DNA from: a bacterium
GTDB lineage: Bacteria > Electryoneota > Electryoneia > Electryoneales > Electryoneaceae
Direction of reading: 5' to 3'
Length of the DNA stretch: 64,000 bases
NCBI GenBank assembly: GCA_963675295.2
Contig: CAXXKJ010000002.1
Span: 2,848,001-2,912,000, forward strand
The first letter of the stretch is position 1, and the number at the start of each line of letters is the position of its first letter. The notes beneath the pieces are model-generated. The model was not told the DNA's origin and did no database searches. It was given only the letters and a program-made list of their open reading frames with translations. This document shows positions 27,451 through 36,174 of the stretch, in pieces. The position numbers were made by a program, and so were the translations under genes.

Positions 27451-28284
27451 TTAGCCGACGAGGCCGGCGACGATCTGCGGTACCTGGTTCGCCTGCGCAA
27501 GCATCGAGACGCCGGTGTTCATCAGGATCTGAGCACGCACGAAGTTGCTCATTTCCGCGGCGATGTCGGCATCGCGGATCTGCGATTCGGACGCGACTGC
27601 GTTCTCACGCTGGATCTGCAGGTTCAGAACAGTGTTCTGAAGACGTTCGACGTAGGCACCAAGCCGTGTACGTTCCGTATCCTTGGTCGTGATCGCCGAG
27701 TCAAGCGCGGTGATCGACGACTGCGCACTTGCGGTGTCGGACAGAGACAGTGTGTCGAGTCCGAGGGCGCTGCCACGCATGTCGCCCATCGTCACGTAGT
27801 AGTAGTCGTTCCCGGCGGTGTTGTACGTACCGATGTGGAACTTGACACCCGTGGAGGACAGACTCCCGTTCAGCAGATACAGACCGTTGTAGTTGGTCGT
27901 ATTCGCGATACGGGTGATTTCCGAACGCAGCTGCGTGAATTCCGTGTTCAGGTAGGAACGGTCTTCCGAGGTCAGTGCACCGTTCGAGGCTTGGACGGCC
28001 AGGGCGCGCATCCGGACGAGCGTGTCGTCAATCGTCTGCAACGCACCTTCAGCGGTGGCCATCAGGTTGATGTTGTAGTTCGCGTTGCGCTCCGCTTCGT
28101 CCATCGAAGCGATCTGAGCGCGGAACCGCTCACTCACGGCCAGCCCGGCCGGATCATCCCATGCGAAGTTCACCCGGAGACCGGACGACAGGCGTGTGAG
28201 CGCCGTATCCAGATCCAGCTGTGTCGTGTGGATGTTCCTCTGGGCAGTGAGAGCGAGCACATTGTGGTTGATGCGCGTACTCAT
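27451..28284 (-). CDS. fliC: Flagellin (short, 277 aa)
   Basis: RINHN, RLSSGLRVN..DDPAG, R..LGA..RL and ESQIRDADIAAEM motifs. Confidence 0.97.
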   Translation of the reverse strand: MSTRINHNVLALTAQRNIHTTQLDLDTALTRLSSGLRVNFAWDDPAGLAVSERFRAQIASMDEAERNANYNINLMATAEGALQTIDDTLVRMRALAVQASNGALTSEDRSYLNTEFTQLRSEITRIANTTNYNGLYLLNGSLSSTGVKFHIGTYNTAGNDYYYVTMGDMRGSALGLDTLSLSDTASAQSSITALDSAITTKDTERTRLGAYVERLQNTVLNLQIQRENAVASESQIRDADIAAEMSNFVRAQILMNTGVSMLAQANQVPQIVAGLVG

Positions 28285-28335
28285 GCTTCACCTCCGTTTT
28301 CCACTTGCTTGTAAAGGAAACCCTTGCTGTCGTGT

Positions 28336-28363
28336 TTATCGGAAGGCAGCGGGAAAACCTTTA
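28336..28363 (-). promoter_or_regulatory. sigma28 promoter for fliC
   Basis: TAAA-N16-TCCGATAA about 50 nt upstream of the flagellin start. Confidence 0.75.
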
Positions 28364-28562
28364 CCGGTGAGTGAAATTCAGAGTCAGGTTTCTACGAAGA
28401 GAGACACGCGTCAACCGTGCTGGTGTAACTCGTTGAACGTCTTCGTTTGTCAAAGAACTCAAAACGTTTCTGCGCTAAAACCGTAGTCGCGACAAGCGTT
28501 CCACGTTACACGATCCTGAACTGATCACTTGAAGTCTTGCCCGGAGAACTGGGCAAAAAACC

Positions 28563-28964
28563 TCAACCGACATGATCGAAATAACGACTCTCGGGTTGAG
28601 AGCCATACGCCGCGCGCACGTCCTTCATGTACCGCTGGCCCCGGTTCAACTGCTGCCGCTGCTCCTGGATTTTGCCCAGGTTGTGCTGCAATACGGCCTG
28701 TAACTGCCTGTCAGTTTCCCGTATTTCGGCGAGCAGTTCCGGTTCCGCCTGGTCGAACGGGGACGGAATCCCGAATTCCGCCGGCCCTTCCTCCGGCAGA
28801 CCTTCCTCAGGATCGAAGCCCCACAATTCGGCAAGCACTCGCTCGCGGGCGGCCAGTGTATCGGGCAATGCATCCATGTGCTCGATCTTCGCCTGCCGCA
28901 CGGCTGTCTTTGAAAGTTCAAGCAGCGAGTTCAGAAGCTCCGTCTGGCGTATCCGTTCGCTCAC
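28563..28964 (-). CDS. FliT-like helical protein
   Basis: Helical pattern L..RERVL..L and a C-terminal AY...RYFD motif. GTG start overlaps the upstream stop (GTGA). Located before fliC. Confidence 0.55.
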   Translation of the reverse strand: MSERIRQTELLNSLLELSKTAVRQAKIEHMDALPDTLAARERVLAELWGFDPEEGLPEEGPAEFGIPSPFDQAEPELLAEIRETDRQLQAVLQHNLGKIQEQRQQLNRGQRYMKDVRAAYGSQPESRYFDHVG

Positions 28965-29569
28965 GACTTCCCCAGCGTCTGCAGGTTCGAAAGACCGGTG
29001 GCCCAATCTTCGAGCTGAACCAGCAGTTCGTATTCGATCAGGTCAGCGATCAGGATCGCGTCCCGGTTTTCCTGCGCCTGGACGATTTCGTCGAGGATCG
29101 ACGAGATTTTCCGGGTTAACGCTTCCAGGTTCTGCTGGCCGGCGAGAACGTCGGTCACGTTCACCTGTATCAGCGTGGTGACAGAATGTGTCGTGCGCAG
29201 CAGGACGTGCATCCCATCGACGCAACGGAGCAGGAAATCGTTCGCCTTCTCGAAGCTGCCGGTGCGAAACTCTTCGGCGGTCCGGTTGAGTTCCTTGACG
29301 ACGGCGCCGTGGAAATCGACGATACTTTCCAGCGTTTCGGTGGCGAGATCGAGCGCCTTGGCCGTTTCCAACTCGAAGGAGCCTTCCCCGTTGATCACCT
29401 GCATGTGACGTTCGGGCTTGCCGGTGATGTCTTCACCGTTGTAGCTGACCTTGATAATTCGCAGATCGGTGCTGAGGTCTTGAGCAACGGTGCCGACGAC
29501 ATCGGCGATGGTGTTGGCATCGGGATGGTCGAATCCGAGGTCATTGCCGTCGAGTTTGACTTGAATCAT
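28961..29569 (-). CDS. Hypothetical protein of flagellar glycosylation loci (beta-grasp-like N-terminus, helical C-terminus)
   Basis: Translationally coupled on both sides; ends in an ADLIEYEL helix. Confidence 0.65.
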   Translation of the reverse strand: MIQVKLDGNDLGFDHPDANTIADVVGTVAQDLSTDLRIIKVSYNGEDITGKPERHMQVINGEGSFELETAKALDLATETLESIVDFHGAVVKELNRTAEEFRTGSFEKANDFLLRCVDGMHVLLRTTHSVTTLIQVNVTDVLAGQQNLEALTRKISSILDEIVQAQENRDAILIADLIEYELLVQLEDWATGLSNLQTLGKS

Positions 29570-32418
29570 GACATCCTCCTCTCGGCGGGTACGGAGTGCT
29601 GCATGGCGTTGCGAACCTCGCCGACTATGGTTTTCAGTCGTTGTGTGTAGGTGTGTTCCCGCAGGATGCGCTCACGCGCGCGTTCACTGCGTTTGTACGC
29701 TTCCGCCTCGTGACGCTTGATGTATTTCACCTTGTCACGCGCTTCTGCCGGTGTGTGGAAGGTGAAGCATTCCTGCTTGGCGTCGAACAGTTCGAAAACG
29801 TCTTCCTGCGCATCGGTCAACAACACGCCGCCCGCGCAGGGTACATCGAAAATCCGTTGGTTGACGGACGTTGGCATCTGGAAACTGGTGCTGTTCAGCT
29901 GGATCGATGAGTTGTAGTACAACGCCAGCGCCGGGCCGTAGTCGATCGAAGGATGCAGCGTCGTGGTTGGCATCAGCTCATGCCAGCCCTCATCTCCAAC
30001 GATCTCGAGCCCTGTTGTATGAGCCGCTTCCGCGATGCGTTTGCGATCCTCACGAGTCGCGCGAAATGCGACCAGGGTCGCCATGCGAAGCTTGTCGCCG
30101 TGCGTCCAGTCCTGAGTCATGACGGGATACTGCAGTACTACCTCATTGAGCACGGTCAACGGGTCACGGCGTTCACTGAGCAGCTCCTCGACGGCCATAC
30201 TCAGCATCGGGTCATGGGCGGTACGAGCATTCGCCCGGCGCTCCCATTCCTGCACCGGTTCAACCATCGAGTTAGCGACCCAGCGTGGGCCGCTGAGACC
30301 ATTCCGCTTGCTCGCGAGGGAACCGAATACGGTCTCATCCGTCGCCAGTGGCAGGTACTTGACCCGTTCGAAGCCGTAGTCTTTCAGTTCGTCGATGGTC
30401 TGCTTTTCCCAGGTGTAGATGTGCGCCATCTCCCCGGCAGCGGCGTTATGATCGAGCAGGATGTACTGCGGACGGTCGGCGAACCATGACACGTAGGGTA
30501 GTTGGATCTTCTCGAGCAGCGCCGCCAGTTCGCCGTCCTGATCGAAACCGAGGTGGTTGACCGTAATCAACAGGTCGGCTTCCAGGCTGGACAGCAGCAG
30601 TTGTTCGATCACTTTGCCGTGCTCGAGGTATCGGATCGGGACGACACGATGGCCCAACCGTTCCAGTGCGTTCCGGATCTCACCCTGCAGGTAGTAACCA
30701 CTCTCGAACATCAAAACCGTCAGCCGTTCCTGGCGGAACCGCGGGCGACGGAAACGATCGTAAGGCAAGTCGCTGGTGTCGGACGTCTTCGCCGGTTTGG
30801 CCTTGGCCGGTGCTGGCTGCGCTTCCGGCTTTGACTCATCCAGCAAAGCACGGATTGACGCCGCGAGTCGGTCGAACGTTTCCCCGGTCTGCTTCACCTG
30901 CCACAGCGGGTCCTTGTCGCTGATGTTCTCGATTTCGAAACGGAACAACGCCAGCAGCGGGTGGATGGCTTCGACATGCAGGAAACTGTTCAGCACCTCG
31001 GTTTGCAGCCGGTCAACCTCACCGGCGGCCTGCATCAGTTGATCCTGTTGGCCTTCTCCAGCCAACAACTCCTGCAGAGCACAGCTTGCGGCCAGCCCCT
31101 CTTCCGCCAGATGCAGCAGACGGTTGATGCTGACGCGGTTGGCATCCCGGATCGGGAGCGACACAGGTTTCGTTTTTGGCTGAATCGGCAAGCCGTCGAA
31201 CCGGTGCTTCAGCAGATCACGATACTTCTTGCGGTAGGCATCCTCGGTCGCGGGGGTACCATGCAGCAAGGTCAGATCCCAGAAGCCGTGCTCGTCAAAA
31301 CCGGTGCGCCAGACTCGGACGGGTTGATCCACCAGCACCGCCGGATCAGGATCGCGTTCCTCGAGCAGATCCTCGGCGAGAGTGGCTATCCCATCCGGCT
31401 CGATCTGCCGGTGGCAGTTAAAGTGCGGGCATTGCACCTGGAAATCGCAGGGGAAACAGTCGATTGTCGGCTCAACGACGAGATGCCCCTCGCCGTACGG
31501 CCCAGTTTCCTGCGACAGAGCGTTGCCCAGAGTCAGGCACAGCACCGGTGTATTCACCGATTGGGCGAGGTGCATCGTGCCGGTATCATTGCTGATCACC
31601 AGGTTCGCCGATTCCAGCACTGCCGCGAGACTTTGGATGCTGGTCCGGCCGGCGAGGTTGAACGCCCAGTCACCGAGTCCGGCCATCGCCTCCGTCACCT
31701 GTTCGGCTTCCGCCGGAGTTCCGGTGAACACGATCTGCGCATTGTTGCGTTCATGCAGCAGGCGTGCGACCTGGCCGAATGCCTGCGGGGTCCAGCGCTT
31801 GGACGGATGCGACGCGCCGGTCTGAATCACGACAACCGGGTCGTCTTCGTCGCCGAGCTTGTCTTCCGGCAGTAACGCATTGAGCGACAAACGACCACTG
31901 TCGGAAATGTTGAAGCGTGCAGGTCGGATGCGGCCTTCGTGCCGTCCGGCGAACCCGAGTTGCAGGTCAGCGAGATGGAATGGGTTCATCCCCCGCGCGA
32001 GGTGCGAGGTCATCGCCATCCGTGCCCAGTCGCCCGCGATACGGCGCTGGCCGGTGTTGTCGAGGTACAGTCCGCCGCCAACTTCACCCGGAATCAGGTG
32101 TGCGAGGATCGCGGAAACGAGGTCATAGCTGAGGTTGAATACCTTGTCGAACGGGATGTTGAGCAGCTCGCCGAGTTCGCCGCTCTGTTTCCTGTAGAGG
32201 TCAATCAGCGGCTCACGCTTCGCGGTCGCGACGATCAACGCGTCGGTGTCGATCGTGTGCACCTCGGCCACCCGCATCCCCTGCCCCACCTCACGGAAGG
32301 GTTTCGGCACGATCAGGTGCAGCTCCGCTTTCGGGTAGAGCCGATGCAACCGTTCGATGAACGGCGCGGCGAGCAGGATGTCGCCCATGCGGCTGAGTGT
32401 CAGCACGGCGATCTTCAT
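29566..32418 (-). CDS. Bifunctional glycosyltransferase: GT9 (heptosyltransferase-like) fused to a CgeB/DUF3880 GT-B domain
   Basis: SRMGDILL, KRW and SNDTGTMHLA (GT9); SWFAD.P, LPLATD, NQRIFDVPCAG and EHTY..RL (CgeB-like). Confidence 0.85.
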   Translation of the reverse strand: MKIAVLTLSRMGDILLAAPFIERLHRLYPKAELHLIVPKPFREVGQGMRVAEVHTIDTDALIVATAKREPLIDLYRKQSGELGELLNIPFDKVFNLSYDLVSAILAHLIPGEVGGGLYLDNTGQRRIAGDWARMAMTSHLARGMNPFHLADLQLGFAGRHEGRIRPARFNISDSGRLSLNALLPEDKLGDEDDPVVVIQTGASHPSKRWTPQAFGQVARLLHERNNAQIVFTGTPAEAEQVTEAMAGLGDWAFNLAGRTSIQSLAAVLESANLVISNDTGTMHLAQSVNTPVLCLTLGNALSQETGPYGEGHLVVEPTIDCFPCDFQVQCPHFNCHRQIEPDGIATLAEDLLEERDPDPAVLVDQPVRVWRTGFDEHGFWDLTLLHGTPATEDAYRKKYRDLLKHRFDGLPIQPKTKPVSLPIRDANRVSINRLLHLAEEGLAASCALQELLAGEGQQDQLMQAAGEVDRLQTEVLNSFLHVEAIHPLLALFRFEIENISDKDPLWQVKQTGETFDRLAASIRALLDESKPEAQPAPAKAKPAKTSDTSDLPYDRFRRPRFRQERLTVLMFESGYYLQGEIRNALERLGHRVVPIRYLEHGKVIEQLLLSSLEADLLITVNHLGFDQDGELAALLEKIQLPYVSWFADRPQYILLDHNAAAGEMAHIYTWEKQTIDELKDYGFERVKYLPLATDETVFGSLASKRNGLSGPRWVANSMVEPVQEWERRANARTAHDPMLSMAVEELLSERRDPLTVLNEVVLQYPVMTQDWTHGDKLRMATLVAFRATREDRKRIAEAAHTTGLEIVGDEGWHELMPTTTLHPSIDYGPALALYYNSSIQLNSTSFQMPTSVNQRIFDVPCAGGVLLTDAQEDVFELFDAKQECFTFHTPAEARDKVKYIKRHEAEAYKRSERARERILREHTYTQRLKTIVGEVRNAMQHSVPAERRMS

Positions 32419-34256
32419 GCCAGCCCCTTCTCTTCGGCTTTGAGCTGGAATTCGTGCAGCAGCAGGAACAACGCTTCGGGACGGCTGAGGTCACCCTCTC
32501 CCTTGCGAATCGTTTCGGCGATGGTATCAATCGACAGTTCGTCGTGATCGTCGCCCAATGTGCGGAGAAACGCCTGCAGTTCCTTGTCATCGGCAGCGGA
32601 TGCTACCAGTTCGGCGACGGTGTTGCCGGTCTGTTTCGCGGCCTGCACCGGGGCGTTTTCACGGATCACACGTACTGCCTCTTCCATCCGGTGGGCGTAG
32701 GTGTGATCGTGCAGCACACGTTCCCGTCCTGCTTCCGCGATTGCCTTCGCTTCGTCCGGATGGGCGAGGAAATGGTCAATCTGCGCGCGGCATTCGTCCA
32801 GGTTGTGGAAGACGGCGATTTCCTTGCCCGGCTCGAACATTTCGGCCAACAGGGAACGGTGATCAACCAGTTGGAACGCGCCGCAGGATGCGATTTCGAA
32901 GGTGCGCGGGTTGACGAAATCACCGTGCGGATTGACACCCTGCGCGTACGTCGACGAGTGCAGGTTGAGGTTGATCCGGGACGCGTTGAAGATGCGAACT
33001 GTTTCCTCTGTACTCACCCTGCGGCCGTTGTCCTGCAACACTTTCGCCAGACCCGGCGCTTCGTCCCAATCATTGCCCCACAGCTTGAAATCACGGTCGA
33101 GCAGGTGCAGGAAGAAGCGGCGGCGGTTGAAGTAGCCCGCCCCGACATGGCTGACATCGGCGTCGTATTTCGCCCGGTCTTCGGCGGAGAGATCCAGCGG
33201 ACGGTGGATACGTGGATCGGCAGCCACCGGCAGGTAGTGAGCGTGCTTCGCGCCCGCCTGCAACAGTTGATCGCTGAATTTGTCGCCCTGAATATGGAAG
33301 AAAACGTCGTATTCCGGCGCAACCTGCGGCCACCATGTGGCCAACTCCGAATCTTCCACGAACCACATCGCGCTGACGATACCCTCATCCCGCAGCGCGA
33401 GCAGCGCCTCTTTCGTGCCCGGTGCCTGAGCGAGGAAGAACACGACTTGCGCACGCATGTCTTTCGCTCGCGCCACGATACCGCGTCCGAGCAGCTGCGT
33501 GAACTCGGTCATCAGCTGCGCGTGCTGCTGTTTGTCGCCGGTCAGCGAATCGAGCAGCTTGCGGCCCTCGTCAAGCGCGGAATAGTCCAGCAATTCGGCG
33601 TGATGGCCAATCTTGCGGAAAGCGTCGGTGACATACGGCCCCATCGGCAGCGTGCCACCGTACACTGGCCCGGCAACGAGGATGCGCAACGGTTCATCTG
33701 TCATTCGAACAGTCACCGTTGACAGCATCTTGAGCAGCGTGTCGGCTGTGCCCGGTGCGTACTCACGCGTACCCGGCCATTCAACAAAGACGGGCGTGTG
33801 GCCGTTGGTCAGGCCGCGCTGATGGAAGGTATCCGCCAGTTCTTCCAGTCCAGAAGATCCGACATGGAGAGACGTTCCGGAGATCACCTCATGCAGTTCA
33901 CGAGCACGGACCGCGTGCCGAAACAACTCTTCGTCCGGCTCGAGGATGAACAGTTCGTCGTCGGGTCGCGCTTCCAGCCACGCTTCCGCCAGGTAGCCGA
34001 GGCCGAGGCCGATCAGCACCAGTGTCGATTTGTCCGGAAGGTTGGCGCTGAGTCGCGCGAGCTGCTGCTTCGCCTCCCGGATCGGATCGTAGCTGCTGTG
34101 CAGCGACTTGCCGTTAACGCGCAGAGACGGGGTCCCGGACCGGGACTCCGTCACCTCGAACCGGTCACTGGCCGGTTCGGATACCGCTGTGTCCGCGAGC
34201 ATTGTCAAACCCTTGTCCCGCAAGGCTCGCAGGTTACTGTCCAGCGGTGCGCTCAT
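32415..34256 (-). CDS. Maf-like N-terminal domain fused to a CgeB-family glycosyltransferase
   Basis: LHSSYDPIREA, GLGLGY and EPD (Maf N-domain); WFVED, NPRTFEIASCG and HTYAHRM (CgeB/Glyco_trans_1_2). Confidence 0.82.
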   Translation of the reverse strand: MSAPLDSNLRALRDKGLTMLADTAVSEPASDRFEVTESRSGTPSLRVNGKSLHSSYDPIREAKQQLARLSANLPDKSTLVLIGLGLGYLAEAWLEARPDDELFILEPDEELFRHAVRARELHEVISGTSLHVGSSGLEELADTFHQRGLTNGHTPVFVEWPGTREYAPGTADTLLKMLSTVTVRMTDEPLRILVAGPVYGGTLPMGPYVTDAFRKIGHHAELLDYSALDEGRKLLDSLTGDKQQHAQLMTEFTQLLGRGIVARAKDMRAQVVFFLAQAPGTKEALLALRDEGIVSAMWFVEDSELATWWPQVAPEYDVFFHIQGDKFSDQLLQAGAKHAHYLPVAADPRIHRPLDLSAEDRAKYDADVSHVGAGYFNRRRFFLHLLDRDFKLWGNDWDEAPGLAKVLQDNGRRVSTEETVRIFNASRINLNLHSSTYAQGVNPHGDFVNPRTFEIASCGAFQLVDHRSLLAEMFEPGKEIAVFHNLDECRAQIDHFLAHPDEAKAIAEAGRERVLHDHTYAHRMEEAVRVIRENAPVQAAKQTGNTVAELVASAADDKELQAFLRTLGDDHDELSIDTIAETIRKGEGDLSRPEALFLLLHEFQLKAEEKGLA

Positions 34257-35869
34257 CCGGCAGCCCTCCGTCGTTGAATGTGCACCGTTCGGGCGCGCGT
34301 CGTCTGCGGCATCGCCTGCACGTTCGCGCGAGTGTCACGCGGCTTGCGTTTCACCATCGACGGGATGAAATACCCGGCCTTTGCGCGGCGTACGAGCAGC
34401 CGTTCGATCTCTTCATTCTTCGGGCTGCGCGAATGGTAGCGTTGCCACAACGGCAGCATGAATTCCGGCGACCGGTGCTGCATCAACACCTTATCTAGCC
34501 CCTCGAGCGCTTCGCGCGAGGTTTCGTCCATGCTGTGCACGACGGAAAAATGCTCGAACGCTGTCCACGCCGAACGTGGCGCGTGCATCCGGTTGAAGCC
34601 GGGTGTCAGATCCTGCTCCAACGCCAGCAGTCGTTCTCCGGTCGCGAGGTGCAGCATCATGCGGTCAGCACCATCCATCTCCAGCGCCTCACGGGCGGTC
34701 GTATCATCACCGATGGACAGCGCGAGGCTGGCCAACGCGGGCTTGAGTGTCGGGCTGGCGATCCCTTCCTGCAGCATCTGCTTGAGGTAATCTCGTGCCT
34801 GTTCCGCCTGGCCGACTCCTTCGAGAAAGATCGTCTGCCGGCCCGGATCGAGCAGATGGAACCGGTCCACCAGCCACTCGGCGGCGCGGTGGCGGTGTTC
34901 GCGAAGGTGTTCCCACTTCCACGACGCCATCCACTTGCCCCATTCGTAGCGGGCTCGGGCGTCATCGCTATCACGTGCGTCACGGATCTTCAACCCGGCC
35001 AACTCACGCAGTACCTTGCGCGCACGGTGTTGAATCGAGTGCGTCGTCCGGATCACTTCGGCGGCGGAGTTTCCGACCTGCTGCATGGTTTCCGGATCGT
35101 CCAGCAGTTGCTGAACGACAGTTTCCAGGTTTTGTGCGTTGAAGGTGACCAGCTCACGGTTATCGCCGAACAACTTATCCTCGCCGCGGCCCTGCTCGGT
35201 CAGCAACACCGCGCCGCATGCCATCGCTTCGAAGGTGCGCAGGTTAACGCCGTCGAACAGCAGTTCGTTGAGCACGATCTTCGCGCGGCGGTAGTAGTTC
35301 GCGACATCGTCAGACCCGACCGACCGTGTGCCGCCACCGTCAACGAGCGTCACGTCCGCAATTCGGCGCAGACGGTGCAGGATCGCCGAACGTTTTGGCC
35401 GGCGGTCATAGTCCATCGTGCCGACGAATACGACGTCGAGATCACGTTCCTTAGAATCGTCCGGCGGAAAGAAGACATTGCGGTCGGCGGCCAGGGGAAG
35501 CCAATTCGCCCACGTAATGCCCTGTTTGCGCCAGTGTTCGACGGTTTCCGGCTGATCAACCCACACCTGGTCCCAGAAGTGGGCGAAATCCTGCTGCCAG
35601 AAATCGTTGATCGGCGTATCGATGGCGTAAAATGCACGCGGCGCGCGGATCTTTTCCAGTCCATGGAAGAAAACGTGCCGATTGATGCTGTCCACCTGGA
35701 GGATCGCGTCTGGCCTGAATGGCAACTTCGCAATCGCTTCCGAAATGTCATCGTAATCCGGATCGACGACGACATCATTGTCTTCGCCTGGTCCGACGCG
35801 CAGCACCTGCACCCCGGCTTCCTCGATCGTCGATCCGAAATAGCTATCGTTCAGCAACAGGAGATTCAT
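34253..35869 (-). CDS. CgeB-family glycosyltransferase with helical C-terminus
   Basis: WLPLAAD, DVVFVG, NLRTFEAMACG and HSIQHRA motifs. Confidence 0.82.
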   Translation of the reverse strand: MNLLLLNDSYFGSTIEEAGVQVLRVGPGEDNDVVVDPDYDDISEAIAKLPFRPDAILQVDSINRHVFFHGLEKIRAPRAFYAIDTPINDFWQQDFAHFWDQVWVDQPETVEHWRKQGITWANWLPLAADRNVFFPPDDSKERDLDVVFVGTMDYDRRPKRSAILHRLRRIADVTLVDGGGTRSVGSDDVANYYRRAKIVLNELLFDGVNLRTFEAMACGAVLLTEQGRGEDKLFGDNRELVTFNAQNLETVVQQLLDDPETMQQVGNSAAEVIRTTHSIQHRARKVLRELAGLKIRDARDSDDARARYEWGKWMASWKWEHLREHRHRAAEWLVDRFHLLDPGRQTIFLEGVGQAEQARDYLKQMLQEGIASPTLKPALASLALSIGDDTTAREALEMDGADRMMLHLATGERLLALEQDLTPGFNRMHAPRSAWTAFEHFSVVHSMDETSREALEGLDKVLMQHRSPEFMLPLWQRYHSRSPKNEEIERLLVRRAKAGYFIPSMVKRKPRDTRANVQAMPQTTRARTVHIQRRRAAG

Positions 35870-36174
35870 GCGGCCTCCTCCCCGTTTGCGTGAGTGGTTG
35901 TGACCGTCATCCGGTCACTCCAGCGGCGGTTGGCGTAGGGGTAGCCGTCCGGGCGAAGCGGCAGCAGCCGGTTCGGACGTGCGTGCGGACGCGACCCCAT
36001 TCGCGAGCTGCGGCGTACCGCTAGATCGCTGGTGTTGTAGATCGGGGAGGCATGGACGAAAATGGAGTACGGCGTCACCGGCACGAGCGACCGGCTCAGG
36101 TTGAGCTGACTGCCCGGCACTCTCTGTGGTTGCTGTGAAGTCATGGTCCATCTCCGTGAACTGTATTGTCTCAT
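35866..36174 (-). CDS. Small basic hypothetical protein
   Basis: ATGA overlaps with both neighbours. Alternative start at 36144 with a GGAG RBS. Confidence 0.5.
   Translation of the reverse strand: MRQYSSRRWTMTSQQPQRVPGSQLNLSRSLVPVTPYSIFVHASPIYNTSDLAVRRSSRMGSRPHARPNRLLPLRPDGYPYANRRWSDRMTVTTTHANGEEAA

Noticed and set aside
28285-28560. c-di-GMP riboswitch upstream of flagellin, and the hairpin at 28537-28556 as a terminator
   Set aside because: No GGCAAAC..GAAA..GACGCAAAG pattern is seen, and the hairpin is not followed by a U-tract on either strand.
1951-29006. Longest-ORF starts given in the track for LOG, DUF2154, purF, gdhA, accC, accB, dnaJ and the FliT-like gene
   Set aside because: Downstream starts fit RBS positions, gene overlaps and family N-termini better, so coordinates were adjusted.
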